Assembly: GCA_963767005.1 (NCBI GenBank)
Contig: CAVYCN010000003.1
Location: forward strand, 288,001 to 352,000
Direction of reading: 5' to 3'
DNA: 64,000 nt
Origin: an uncultured Actinomycetes bacterium
GTDB lineage: Bacteria; Actinomycetota; Thermoleophilia; UBA2241
Shown here: positions 20,999-29,902 of the stretch, piece by piece
Position numbering within the stretch: the stretch's first letter is position 1
Layout of the letters: each line of letters starts with the position of its first letter
Notes under the pieces: model-generated
The model's database searches: none
What the model was told of the DNA's origin: nothing
The model's input: the letters and a program-made list of their open reading frames with translations, nothing else
Program-made: the position numbers and the translations under genes

Positions 20999-22428
20999 GT
21001 CGCCTCCGTTGCCTCCGCGAAGATGTGAAGAGTATACGGTGTGTCCGAGCGCACCCGGAACCATTCGGAGCTCCGTCCAGGGCAGACCCAGGCCGGGCGA
21101 CCGTCCACTTCGGCCACAACGGCCGTCGCCCGCCGGGCGCGTGGCACGCGGGCGGCGGTGAAGAGGTCGCTGAGCAGCGCGTCGGCCGGCATGCCGAAGG
21201 GCCGCATGCGGTCGCCCGGCCGGGGATGCCGCAGCACGATCGCGGGCTCCAGATGCTCTACCGCGAGCCAGGCCTCGGCCGTCGTGCGTTCGAAGGCCGC
21301 GCCACGCTCGAGCTCGGCGCGAAAGCGCCGCCCGCAGAAGGCGACCGCGTCCCCCGCGCGCAGCGCCACCGGGGGACAGTCGTGCGCGGCGTGTGCCGCG
21401 CGCACAGTCAGCACGCCGTACTCGCGCACCGCCTCGCGGTCGTCGCCGAGCGACACGAGCCGCGAGCCGGCCCGGCCGGCGGCGAGCGCCTCGAGCCGCC
21501 CGGTGACGCGGCGGCCGAGCAGTGCGTGCTCGCCCAGCGCGCTCAGCGCAAGGCGTCGCAGGCAGAGCGCGCGCAGCGCCACCGGCTCGGCTGCCAGCGC
21601 CGCGAGGTCGAGCGTCCACGGCGCGTCGCCCGGCCCGGCCGGCGCCGGCCGCGCGACGCGCGCCCAGGCCTCGGCGGCGGCCGCGGCGAGCGCCTCGTGG
21701 TCGCGGTCGGCGAGCACGGCCGCGGCGGCGAGCGCCTCGACCACCCGCGGGTTGACCCGGGCGAGCACCGGCAGGACCTCGTGGCGCAGCAGGTTGCGCC
21801 GATAGTCGACCGTGTCGTTGCTTTCGTCGTGGCCGTACGCGATGCCGAGCGCAGCGCAGTAGGCGCGCAGCTCGGTGGCGCCGATGCCCAGCAGCGGGCG
21901 CGCGAGACCGTCCTCGCGCGGCCGCATGCCGCGCAGCGCCGACGGCGCCGCGTACTTGACGAGGCGGTAGAGAACGGTCTCGGCCTGGTCGTCGCGGTTG
22001 TGCGCCGTGACCACGACGTCGGCGCGGCCCTGCGCCACGAGCGCGCGCGCCGCGTCGTAGCGGATGCGACGCGCGCGCTCCTGAAAGTCGGGACCGGCCG
22101 GCTTGCGCGCCAGCCGGACGACATGCAGCGGCACGCCGAGCGCCGCGCAGGCGTCGGCGACGATGCCGCGGTCGCGGGCCGACGCCGCGCCGCGGGTGGC
22201 GTAGTCGACGTGCAGCACCGCCAGCGTGAGGCCCAGGCCGAGCCGCCGGTCGACGGCGCCCACGATATCGAGAAGGGCCATCGAGTCGGCGCCGCCCGAC
22301 AGCATGAGGAGCGCGCGCTCGCCGGAGCGCAGCAGCGCCCCCGCGGCGACGGCGGCGGCCACCCGCCGGCGCACCGACGCGACGAGGCTCGCCTGAGCCC
22401 GCTGCTCGGGCGTGGGTGGCTCGGCCAC
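20995..22428 (-). CDS. tilS: tRNA(Ile)-lysidine synthase
   Basis: SGGADS PP-loop, TAHNRDDQAET, RPLL and DESN...RNLLRH motifs; start trimmed to GTG 22428. Confidence 0.93.
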   Translation of the reverse strand: MAEPPTPEQRAQASLVASVRRRVAAAVAAGALLRSGERALLMLSGGADSMALLDIVGAVDRRLGLGLTLAVLHVDYATRGAASARDRGIVADACAALGVPLHVVRLARKPAGPDFQERARRIRYDAARALVAQGRADVVVTAHNRDDQAETVLYRLVKYAAPSALRGMRPREDGLARPLLGIGATELRAYCAALGIAYGHDESNDTVDYRRNLLRHEVLPVLARVNPRVVEALAAAAVLADRDHEALAAAAAEAWARVARPAPAGPGDAPWTLDLAALAAEPVALRALCLRRLALSALGEHALLGRRVTGRLEALAAGRAGSRLVSLGDDREAVREYGVLTVRAAHAAHDCPPVALRAGDAVAFCGRRFRAELERGAAFERTTAEAWLAVEHLEPAIVLRHPRPGDRMRPFGMPADALLSDLFTAARVPRARRATAVVAEVDGRPAWVCPGRSSEWFRVRSDTPYTLHIFAEATEAT

Positions 22429-22439
22429 CCTCGCCCCCG

Positions 22440-22787
22440 CTAGAAGGACACGACCCGGTCGCTGCGCGCGACCAGGTCGGCGAGGTCGTGGATCGTGCCC
22501 AGGCGGACGCCGTCGATCACCTCGGCCGCCGTGAGGCCACGAGTCTGGCAGCAGGTGCCGCACAGCGTGACGACCGCGCCCTTGGCGACGAGCTCGGCCA
22601 GCATGTCCTCGAGTGAAACGTGGGCGCCGCGAGGCTGCTGGCCGCGCCGCGCCGTGTGCACGCCGTCGCCCAGGAAGAACAGCTCGACCCAGTGCTCCTT
22701 GACCTGGAGCGCGGCGGCGAGACGCAGGGCGTTGTAGGGCAGCTCGCTGCCGTAGGGGCTGCCGTTCACGATCACCGTCGTCACCAT
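22440..22787 (-). CDS. DsrE/DsrF-like family protein (YchN-like)
   Basis: SPYGSELPYNALRLA, FFLGDGV and CGTCCQTRG motifs. Confidence 0.85.
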   Translation of the reverse strand: MVTTVIVNGSPYGSELPYNALRLAAALQVKEHWVELFFLGDGVHTARRGQQPRGAHVSLEDMLAELVAKGAVVTLCGTCCQTRGLTAAEVIDGVRLGTIHDLADLVARSDRVVSF

Positions 22788-22904
22788 GCGTCGCTCCTTC
22801 GCGCGGTCGCCGTGCCGTCGCCGCCGTCCGGGGCGGTCGTCGCGCCCGTCGCCGCCGGGGCCGTCACGGCCCGTCGGCGAGGTCGTCGTGCGGCGCTCGC
22901 CCCC

Positions 22905-22933
22905 AAAAAAATAGGGCGCCCGAACGGGCGCCC
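22905..22933 (-). terminator. Rho-independent terminator after tRNA-Met
   Basis: Minus strand GGGCGCCC-GTTC-GGGCGCCC followed by TATTTTTTT. Confidence 0.85.
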
Positions 22934-22942
22934 CGGAAGGCT

Positions 22943-23019
<77 letters not shown>

Positions 23020-23055
23020 ACGTCTCCAGCGGGTTCTTCCCCAACTGGGGATGGC

Positions 23056-23085
23056 AGTATACCGCCGGCCACCCGACCCTGTAAA
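23056..23085 (-). promoter_or_regulatory. sigma70 promoter for tRNA-fMet
   Basis: Minus strand TTTACA-N18-TATACT. Confidence 0.65.
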
Positions 23086-23108
23086 GGCCCCGGCTGAGCG
23101 GCCGATAG
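23082..23108 (+). promoter_or_regulatory. sigma28 (FliA/SigD/WhiG)-type promoter for the NlpC/P60 gene
   Basis: TAAA-N15-GCCGATAG against consensus TAAA-N15-GCCGATAA; ATG follows 7 nt later. Confidence 0.6.
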
Positions 23109-23115
23109 AGACTCC

Positions 23116-24246
23116 ATGAGCCTTTCGACCGCGCCCCCGGCCACCACGCGTCGCGCTCGCCGCCCGGGCCTCGTCGCGGCGGCGTTCGTCGTGTGCGTCG
23201 CAGCCGCCTTCGCCTGCCTGACCCTGCCGGGCGGCGGCTCGCGCGCGGCCGCGAGCCCCGGCGTGATCGTCGCCAGCCAGCCGGCCAGCCTGGCGCAGCT
23301 CGAGCAGTCCGCCGACAAGGCGCAGCGCCAGGTGGCGGCGCTCGACGACCGGCTCGAGGTCGTGGTCGAGGACTGGGACGCCGCCGAGTCGCAGCTTCAG
23401 GCAGTCGAGGCGCAGCTCGGTGACGTGCGCCTGCAGCTCTCCCAGGCCCAGAACGACCTGACCCAGCAGCAGGCCGTCCTCGGCGCCCACCTCGCCTGGA
23501 TGTACAAGCTGGGCGACTACGGGCTGCTCGACGAGCTGCTGAACGGCGGGAGCCTGACCAGCGCGGGCGCCCGCCTCGAGCTGTACCGCCGCGTGAACGA
23601 GCAGGACCGGGCGCTGCGGGCCAGCTTCCTCGCCACGGTGCAGCGGGTCGGCCAGCTCCAGACCGAGATCTCGAAGCAGCGCGACAAGGCCATGGCGGCC
23701 CAGCAGAAGGTCGACGCCGAGCGCCTCATCATCGCCGACAGGCTGGCCCAGCGTCAGGCCATCCTCGACGGCCTGAACGGCCGCATCCGCAAGATCCTCG
23801 ACCAGCGCGACAAGGCGGCCGCCCTGGCGTCGGGCCACCTGGCCAGCGTCGCGCTCGCCCAGCTCGGCACCATCACGGCCACCCAGGCGCAGATCGGTGT
23901 CGTACGCGACGCGCTGCACTTTCTGGGCGTCCCCTACGTGTGGGGCGGGGCGAGCCCCAGCGGCTTCGACTGCTCGGGCCTCGTCCTGTACGTGTACGCC
24001 CGGTACGGCGTCAAGTTCCCGCACTTCGCCGCCTGGCAGGCGCAGATGGGCACACCGGTGCCGGAGTCGCAGCTCGAGCCGGCCGACCTCGTGTTCTTCG
24101 GCGACCCCATCCACCACGTGGTGATCTACGCCGGCAACGGCCTCGTGGTGCAGGCGCCCCACACGGGCGACGTCGTCAAGGTGAGCCGTCTGTCCGACTT
24201 CGGACCCCCCGCCGCCTGCCGCCGCTACCTGCTCCGGCTGCCCTGA
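23116..24246 (+). CDS. Secreted coiled-coil NlpC/P60 peptidoglycan endopeptidase (CwlO/RipA-like)
   Basis: Signal peptide, long coiled coil, LGVPYVWGG, FDCSGL and HHVVIY motifs. Confidence 0.92.
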   Translation: MSLSTAPPATTRRARRPGLVAAAFVVCVAAAFACLTLPGGGSRAAASPGVIVASQPASLAQLEQSADKAQRQVAALDDRLEVVVEDWDAAESQLQAVEAQLGDVRLQLSQAQNDLTQQQAVLGAHLAWMYKLGDYGLLDELLNGGSLTSAGARLELYRRVNEQDRALRASFLATVQRVGQLQTEISKQRDKAMAAQQKVDAERLIIADRLAQRQAILDGLNGRIRKILDQRDKAAALASGHLASVALAQLGTITATQAQIGVVRDALHFLGVPYVWGGASPSGFDCSGLVLYVYARYGVKFPHFAAWQAQMGTPVPESQLEPADLVFFGDPIHHVVIYAGNGLVVQAPHTGDVVKVSRLSDFGPPAACRRYLLRLP

Positions 24247-24294
24247 CGCCGTCGCGGTACCCGCGACGGCGCGACGCGGGGTAGACTGTCGGCC

Positions 24295-24615
24295 ATGAAC
24301 GGCTGGATCCTGCTCGGTCTCCTCATCGTCGTCGTGGTCGGCACGCTGGCCGCCTGCGTGCCCCTCGGGCTGCACGCGCTGCGGCTGTACCGCACGGGAC
24401 GACGTGCCCAACGCGAGCTGTTGCCTCTGGTCGAGGGGCTCGCGCGGCGCGCCGACGCGGCCGCCACCAGGGCCGTCGCCCTCGGCGACAGGGGCCAGGA
24501 CCTGAGCGAGCGTCTCGTCGAGCTGCAGCGCACCGTGACGCGCGTGAGCGTGCTCAGCGAGGCTCTGCGGACCGCCTCTGCGCCCTGGCTGCGCCTGCGG
24601 CGCTACCTCACCTGA
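24295..24615 (+). CDS. Hypothetical single-TM coiled-coil protein
   Basis: N-terminal hydrophobic helix, host-like codon usage, TAGACT -10 element 7 nt before the ATG. Confidence 0.7.
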   Translation: MNGWILLGLLIVVVVGTLAACVPLGLHALRLYRTGRRAQRELLPLVEGLARRADAAATRAVALGDRGQDLSERLVELQRTVTRVSVLSEALRTASAPWLRLRRYLT

Positions 24616-24655
24616 CCGACGCGCCCGGCGGCGCCGGCGGCACCCCCGAAAACGG

Positions 24656-24692
24656 CGAAGCGGGCCGGGCCCACCGGGCCCGGCCCGCTTCG
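24656..24692. terminator. Hairpin between convergent genes
   Basis: 17-bp perfect inverted repeat CGAAGCGGGCCGGGCCC / GGGCCCGGCCCGCTTCG. Confidence 0.7.
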
Positions 24693-24718
24693 TGTGCTTC
24701 AGGCCGCAGAGCTGCTCG

Positions 24719-25852
24719 TCAGGCGACGGCAGCCTTGAGGGCGTCGGCCAGCGGTGTGTACTTGAGGCCGTGGGCCTCGGCGACCGACGGGATGGTGAGC
24801 TTGCCACGGTAGACGTTGACGCCGAGCGCCAGCGAGGCGTCGTCGGCGACGGCCTTCTCGAAGCCCTTGTTCGCGATAGCGAGGCCCTGAGGCAGGGTGG
24901 CGCCGGCGAGAGCCATCGTCGACGTGCGGGCGACGGCACCGGGCATGTTGGCGACGCAGTAATGGATGACGCCGTCGACCACGTAGGTCGGCTCGGTGTG
25001 AGTGGTGGGCTTGGAGGTCTCGAAGCAGCCGCCCTGGTCGATGGCGACGTCGACGAGCACCGAACCCGGCAGCATGTCCTTGAGCCAGGCCTTCTTGACC
25101 AGATGCGGAGCCTGGGCGCCGCCCGGCAGCAGGACGCCGCCGACCACGAGGTCGGCGTCCATGACCTCGGCCTCGATCGCGGACTCGGTGGAGAGGACGG
25201 TCTCGATGTGGCCGCCGAACATGTCGTCGAGGTAGGTGAGGCGCTCGGCGCTCTTATCGATCACGACCGTGCGGGCGCCGATGCCGACGGCGACCTTGAC
25301 GGCGTTGGTGCCGACGGTGCCGCCGCCGATCACGACGACCTTCGCCTGCGGCACGCCGGTGACGCCGCCGAGCAGGACGCCGCGGCCGCCGTTGTTCTTC
25401 TGCAGTGCCGTGGCGCCGGCCTGGATGGCCAGCTTGCCGGCGACCTCGCTCATCGGGAAGAGGAGCGGATGGGCGTGGCTCGGCGTCTCGACCGTCTCGA
25501 AGGCGATCGCGCGAATGTCGGCGGCGATCATGGCGTCGGTGAGCTGCCGCGCGTAGGCGGCCGCCATGTGCAGGTACGTGTAGAGGATCTGGCCCGGCTT
25601 GAACTTGCTGTACTCGACCGGGATGGGCTCCTTGACCTTGTAGATCATGTCGGCGCGCGCGAAGACGTCGTCGACCGGGGCGAGCTCGGCGCCCGCCGCC
25701 TTGTACTCGTCGTCGCTGAAGCCCGAGCCCACGCCGGCGCCGGCCTCGACGACCACGGTGTGACCCGCGCGCACGAAGTCCTTGACGCCGTTGGGCGTCA
25801 TGGCAACGCGGTACTCCTCGTTTTTGATCTCCTTCGGCACGCCGACGATCAT
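24719..25852 (-). CDS. ald: Alanine dehydrogenase
   Basis: MIVGVPKEIKNEEYRV, KVKEP, PMSEVAG, GGGTVG, DVAIDQGGC and YCVANMPGA motifs. Confidence 0.96.
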   Translation of the reverse strand: MIVGVPKEIKNEEYRVAMTPNGVKDFVRAGHTVVVEAGAGVGSGFSDDEYKAAGAELAPVDDVFARADMIYKVKEPIPVEYSKFKPGQILYTYLHMAAAYARQLTDAMIAADIRAIAFETVETPSHAHPLLFPMSEVAGKLAIQAGATALQKNNGGRGVLLGGVTGVPQAKVVVIGGGTVGTNAVKVAVGIGARTVVIDKSAERLTYLDDMFGGHIETVLSTESAIEAEVMDADLVVGGVLLPGGAQAPHLVKKAWLKDMLPGSVLVDVAIDQGGCFETSKPTTHTEPTYVVDGVIHYCVANMPGAVARTSTMALAGATLPQGLAIANKGFEKAVADDASLALGVNVYRGKLTIPSVAEAHGLKYTPLADALKAAVA

Positions 25853-26031
25853 CGAGTCCTCCTTGGTCTACCGCTTCACCGACAGTTGCGAGGCACGAGG
25901 AACGTCGCCGGTTCCCTTCGCCTCTTCGACACGGTGGAGTCTAACAGAATTCCCGCGTCGTTCCTTCCGAAGTTGAAAGCACAAATGGCCCACGCTTGCC
26001 GATTCGCCAAAAACCAGCGCACCCGCCCCGG

Positions 26032-26529
26032 TCAGCCGTGGCTGCCGTTTGCCCGGGTCCAGGCGGCGGCCATCGCCGGCGGCACCACGAGCCACTTGTC
26101 GGCGGCCTTCATGACGACGAAGACCTCGCTCGACTGTACGCCCCCGAGCTTCTGCAGCGAGGCGTTCAGGAACTCGTAGATGCCGTTCATGCCGTCGGCC
26201 GTCACGATCTGGGCGATGATGTCGTAGCGGCCGGTGACGACCGCCGCCCAGCTCACCTCGTCGAGCGCGGCGATGCGCTCGACCATCTCGTCCAGGTTGT
26301 AGCGCTCGAGGCTGAGCCCGACGATGGCCACGGTGAGCTCGGGCATCTCGGAGGCGTCGACCATCGCGGCGATGCGCAGGACGCGCCGGGCGAGCAGGTG
26401 GCGCAGACGGCCGCGCACCGTCGGCGTCGAGATACCCAGGCGCGCGGCGATGTCGGAAGCGGCGAGCCGACCGTCTTCGCACAGCGTGCCGATCAGCGCC
26501 TTGTCGAGCACATCGAGTCCGCGTCTCAT
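26032..26529 (-). CDS. Lrp/AsnC family regulator (AldR-like, upstream of ald)
   Basis: LDKALIGTLCEDGR HTH, VTGRYDI RAM domain; start trimmed to ATG 26529. Confidence 0.9.
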   Translation of the reverse strand: MRRGLDVLDKALIGTLCEDGRLAASDIAARLGISTPTVRGRLRHLLARRVLRIAAMVDASEMPELTVAIVGLSLERYNLDEMVERIAALDEVSWAAVVTGRYDIIAQIVTADGMNGIYEFLNASLQKLGGVQSSEVFVVMKAADKWLVVPPAMAAAWTRANGSHG

Positions 26530-26658
26530 GGTCCCCCCGACCCTGCGACCGGCGGGCCGTGTGGGTCCGCCCAGCCGTGACTTGCTGTGTATCATACTGA
26601 GGCGGCGGTAGAAAGCGGACGGGGCGCGGCGCGGTCCCGGGACTGGCGGTACGAAGGC

Positions 26659-27477
26659 GTGGAGCTCGACGGAGCGCGGTGTCTCGTGATCGGCGGCGCC
26701 CGCCGCCTGGGGCGCGTGATCGCGCTCGACCTGGCGGCCCACGGCGCCGACGTCGCGGTGAGCACCCGGGCCGCGCTCGCCGAAGCCGACGCCACCTGCG
26801 CGGCCATCCGCGCCGAGGGGCGGCGGGCCGCCGCGGTCGTCGGCGACCCCGGCACGCCCCGAGGAGCGGCCGATCTCGTAGCCGCGGCCGCCGACGCGTT
26901 CGGCGGGCTCGACGCGCTCGTATATGCCGCAAGCGGGCCGTTCCGGCCGGCCTCGCCCCACGACGCCGACCTCGACGACTGGCAGGCGTCGTTCGACGTC
27001 ATCGCGCGCGGCTTCTTCGTGGCGGCCCGCGCCGCCCGCGAGCGGTTCGTGGCCGGTGGTCGCACGACCAACCGAGCGCCGGAGCCGTCCGGCGCGGCGC
27101 AGGCCGGGGCCGGCCGGTCCCGCGTCACGCGCGGCGTGATCGTCGCCCTCACCGACGTGCTCGGCCGGCGGCCGTCGACGGCCTTCGCCGGGCATGGCGC
27201 CGCGAAGGCCGCGCAGATCATGCTGGTCGCGTCGCTCGCGCGGGCCTGGGGCACCGACGGCGTGCGCGTCTGCGGCGTAGCTCCTGGTCCTACCGCGCTC
27301 GGCGACGACCCGCGCGCCGACGCCACGCTGCGCGCCGCGGCACGCGCCCCGCTGGGGCGTCCGGTGACGCCGGCCGAGGTGGCCGCGGTCGTGCGCTTCG
27401 CGATCGAGTGCGACGCGCTGACCGGCGTCGACCTGCCGGTCGACGGAGGCGCGTCGCTGGGCGAGCCGGTGCTGTAG
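26659..27477 (+). CDS. Short-chain dehydrogenase/reductase (pteridine reductase/FolM-like)
   Basis: GGARRLG, VAPG and TGVDLPVDGG motifs; the catalytic YxxxK appears as HxxxK. Confidence 0.8.
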   Translation: MELDGARCLVIGGARRLGRVIALDLAAHGADVAVSTRAALAEADATCAAIRAEGRRAAAVVGDPGTPRGAADLVAAAADAFGGLDALVYAASGPFRPASPHDADLDDWQASFDVIARGFFVAARAARERFVAGGRTTNRAPEPSGAAQAGAGRSRVTRGVIVALTDVLGRRPSTAFAGHGAAKAAQIMLVASLARAWGTDGVRVCGVAPGPTALGDDPRADATLRAAARAPLGRPVTPAEVAAVVRFAIECDALTGVDLPVDGGASLGEPVL

Positions 27478-27522
27478 GGCCCGAGCCGGGTCGGGCGCCG
27501 CTCATGCGGCGCCGACGTCGGA

Positions 27523-27564
27523 CGCTCGACGCCGGGCGCTCAACGCCGGGCGCTCAACGCCGGG
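27523..27564. repeat. Three tandem 14-bp repeats
   Basis: CGCTC(G/A)ACGCCGGG x3 between the convergent SDR and pucR genes. Confidence 0.75.
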
Positions 27565-27574
27565 CCGCCGGCGT

Positions 27575-29236
27575 CTACCCCTGACGCACCGCGCGCGGGC
27601 GCTTGCCCGACTGGGCGATCAGCTCGCGCGCCTTGAGGGCGAGCCAGAACTCCATGCGGTCCTGCGAGCTGGCGAGGTCGCGCCCCGTGATCTCCTCGAC
27701 GCGCTTCATGCGGTAGCGCAGCGTATGACGATGCACGTAGAGGCGCTCGGCGGCCTCGCCCCAGTGGCCGTTGGCCTCGAGGAAGCAGGCGAGGCTCTTG
27801 ACCAGGTCGCTCGCGTTCTGCTCGTCGTACTCGTGCAGCTTGCCGAGCACGCTGTCGTAGAAGACCTCGAGCGACACCGTGTCCTGCAGGCCCAGCAGCA
27901 GGCCGTAGGAGCCGAGGTCGTCGAAGCTCGCGATCACGCTCGTGCCGCCCTTGAGCTTGCGGATCTGGATCGCGTACAGGGCCTCGTAGTAGCTCTGCCG
28001 CAGGTCGACCAGCAGATGATGCGGGCGCCCGATGCCGATCGACACGGTGACCTCGGGGATCAGGCCGGCGATCGCCGTCTGCAGCTCGGCGGTGAGCGCC
28101 AGAATGTCGTGGGCGCTGCGCTCGCCGAGCTGCAGCAGGACGATGACCGAGTCGCTGTGCGAGGCCGAGATGAACAGCAGCTCGCGCTGGGCGAGGAACT
28201 CGTCGACCGCCCAGTGCAGGCGCTCCTTGACGTCCTGCACCGTCTCCTCGCGGTCGCGGGCGCCGTCGACGAAGGCCTTGAAGCCGTCGACGTCGACCAG
28301 CATGATGAGCTGCTCGGCGCCGGGCTCGAGGCCGAAGAAGGCGAGGCGCCGGGCGATCTCCTCTTCGTAGAGGTCGCTGGCGATGAGCTCGTCGAAGAAG
28401 TCGCCGGCGAGGCGCTTCTCGGTCTCGGCGACGGCCTTCTTCTTGACGAGCTCGAGCGCGCTCACGGTGACCACGTGGTGCAGGATGATGCGGTCGTAGT
28501 CGGAGAACTCGCCGCCGTCCTTGATGACCGCGAGGAACGCGCCGATGCGGTGCGAGGCGACCACCGGGTAGACCTGCGCGACCCCGCCGCCGCCGTGCGG
28601 CAGCTCGACCGTGAAGTCCTGGCGCGAGGCGCGCTTGTCGGAGATCTCCTTCCAGAGGTCGGCGATCAGCTCGGCCGGGATGCGGCGGCGGTGCGCCGCC
28701 TCGCAGAGCACAAGGCCGTGGAAGTCGAAGAGCACGGCCGAGCAGCCCACCAGGGCCGACAGGGTCGAGATGATGAACTGCAGGCCCTTCTCCTCGAGCA
28801 CGATCTTGGTGAGCTTCTCGTGGACGGCGAGCGAGCGCTGCAGGAGCGAGTACTGCTCGTTCACGATCTTCGAGGCGACGGCCTCGGTGATGGCGATGAA
28901 CGGCACGTTGTAGGGCACCTCGAACAGGGGGAAGTCGTGGCGCTCCGCGAGCTCGACCATGGCGTCGGGCACGGTCTTGAAACCGAAGCCGACGCCGAAA
29001 CCGAGGCCCGAGAGGTTGGCGTCGATCAGACGCTGCAGCATGGCGAGCTGTTCGGCCTCGCGGCCGACCAGGGCGAGGCCGGTCGTGAGCAGGAGCTCGC
29101 CGCCCTTGAGCCAGCGCGTCGGGTCGGACATCTCGGCGATGTGCACCCAGCGCACCGGGTTGCTCACCGCCTTCTTGCCGGCGCACAGCTTGAGGTTGAG
29201 CCCGGGGATCTCGAGGATGTCCTGAACGGTGATCAT
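27575..29236 (-). CDS. PucR/CdaR family transcriptional regulator
   Basis: PucR ligand domain (VRWVHIAE, WLKGGELLLTTG), GAF/GGDEF-like middle, C-terminal LYVHRHTLRYRM HTH. Confidence 0.95.
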   Translation of the reverse strand: MITVQDILEIPGLNLKLCAGKKAVSNPVRWVHIAEMSDPTRWLKGGELLLTTGLALVGREAEQLAMLQRLIDANLSGLGFGVGFGFKTVPDAMVELAERHDFPLFEVPYNVPFIAITEAVASKIVNEQYSLLQRSLAVHEKLTKIVLEEKGLQFIISTLSALVGCSAVLFDFHGLVLCEAAHRRRIPAELIADLWKEISDKRASRQDFTVELPHGGGGVAQVYPVVASHRIGAFLAVIKDGGEFSDYDRIILHHVVTVSALELVKKKAVAETEKRLAGDFFDELIASDLYEEEIARRLAFFGLEPGAEQLIMLVDVDGFKAFVDGARDREETVQDVKERLHWAVDEFLAQRELLFISASHSDSVIVLLQLGERSAHDILALTAELQTAIAGLIPEVTVSIGIGRPHHLLVDLRQSYYEALYAIQIRKLKGGTSVIASFDDLGSYGLLLGLQDTVSLEVFYDSVLGKLHEYDEQNASDLVKSLACFLEANGHWGEAAERLYVHRHTLRYRMKRVEEITGRDLASSQDRMEFWLALKARELIAQSGKRPRAVRQG

Positions 29237-29449
29237 GTCGATCGGCCCCCTCCGCGCACATGCCGTCGCAGTGTGTCGCCGCCCATTCTACCTTCTGTCC
29301 AAGTGCAAGGCCAGAGGGCCGCCCATATTGTCCAAGGCGTCGATGACGAGTGGCTGGCGGCACGCCGCCCGCGGTCGTGGCCGCGACGGCCCCAGCGGCG
29401 CTCGGCGAGGCAGGCGACCCTCCCCCGGCGCCGCCTGGGTGGCCCCGGC

Positions 29450-29791
29450 TCAGGCTCCCGGCGCGTTGGCCTCGACGACGACCGCGCTGCCGTAGCAGAT
29501 GACCTCGGTCATGTTCTGCATGAGCTCGGTCGCGTCGTAGCGCACGCCGATGATGGCGTTGGCGCCCATCTGGTCGGCATGCGCCGCCATGATGGCGAAG
29601 GCCTCGGCGCGGGCCTGCTCGCACAGCTCCACATACTCGTCGATACGGCCGCCCGCCAGCGAGCGAAGGCCGGCGGCGATCTGGCTGCCGATATGCGCGG
29701 CACGCACGGTCACCCCGCGCACCACGCCCAGGTTGCGCACCACATGGCAACCCGGCATCTCGAACGTCGTCGATGTCCACGCGTAGTCCAC
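29450..29791 (-). CDS. YbjQ/UPF0145 family protein
   Basis: LGVVRGVTV, GANAIIGVRYD and CYGSAV motifs. Confidence 0.9.
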   Translation of the reverse strand: MDYAWTSTTFEMPGCHVVRNLGVVRGVTVRAAHIGSQIAAGLRSLAGGRIDEYVELCEQARAEAFAIMAAHADQMGANAIIGVRYDATELMQNMTEVICYGSAVVVEANAPGA

Positions 29792-29902
29792 GACACCCTC
29801 CTCGCTGCGGCGGCCGGTGACGACGCGGGGCATGGCGGGCCGCGTCGCGTCGCATCCTGTGTTCGCGACGCGACGGGGGCGTCCCTGCCCGGGCGGTGCG
29901 GG

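Noticed and set aside
20447-22428. Possible tilS-hpt fusion suggested by the 390-aa hpt ORF
   Set aside because: The extension is in a different frame from tilS; tilS stops at 20995, overlapping the hpt GTG as an ordinary GTGA coupling.
23020-23115. c-di-AMP (ydaO) riboswitch ahead of the NlpC/P60 gene
   Set aside because: The intergenic space is too short and is occupied by promoters; no ydaO consensus seen.
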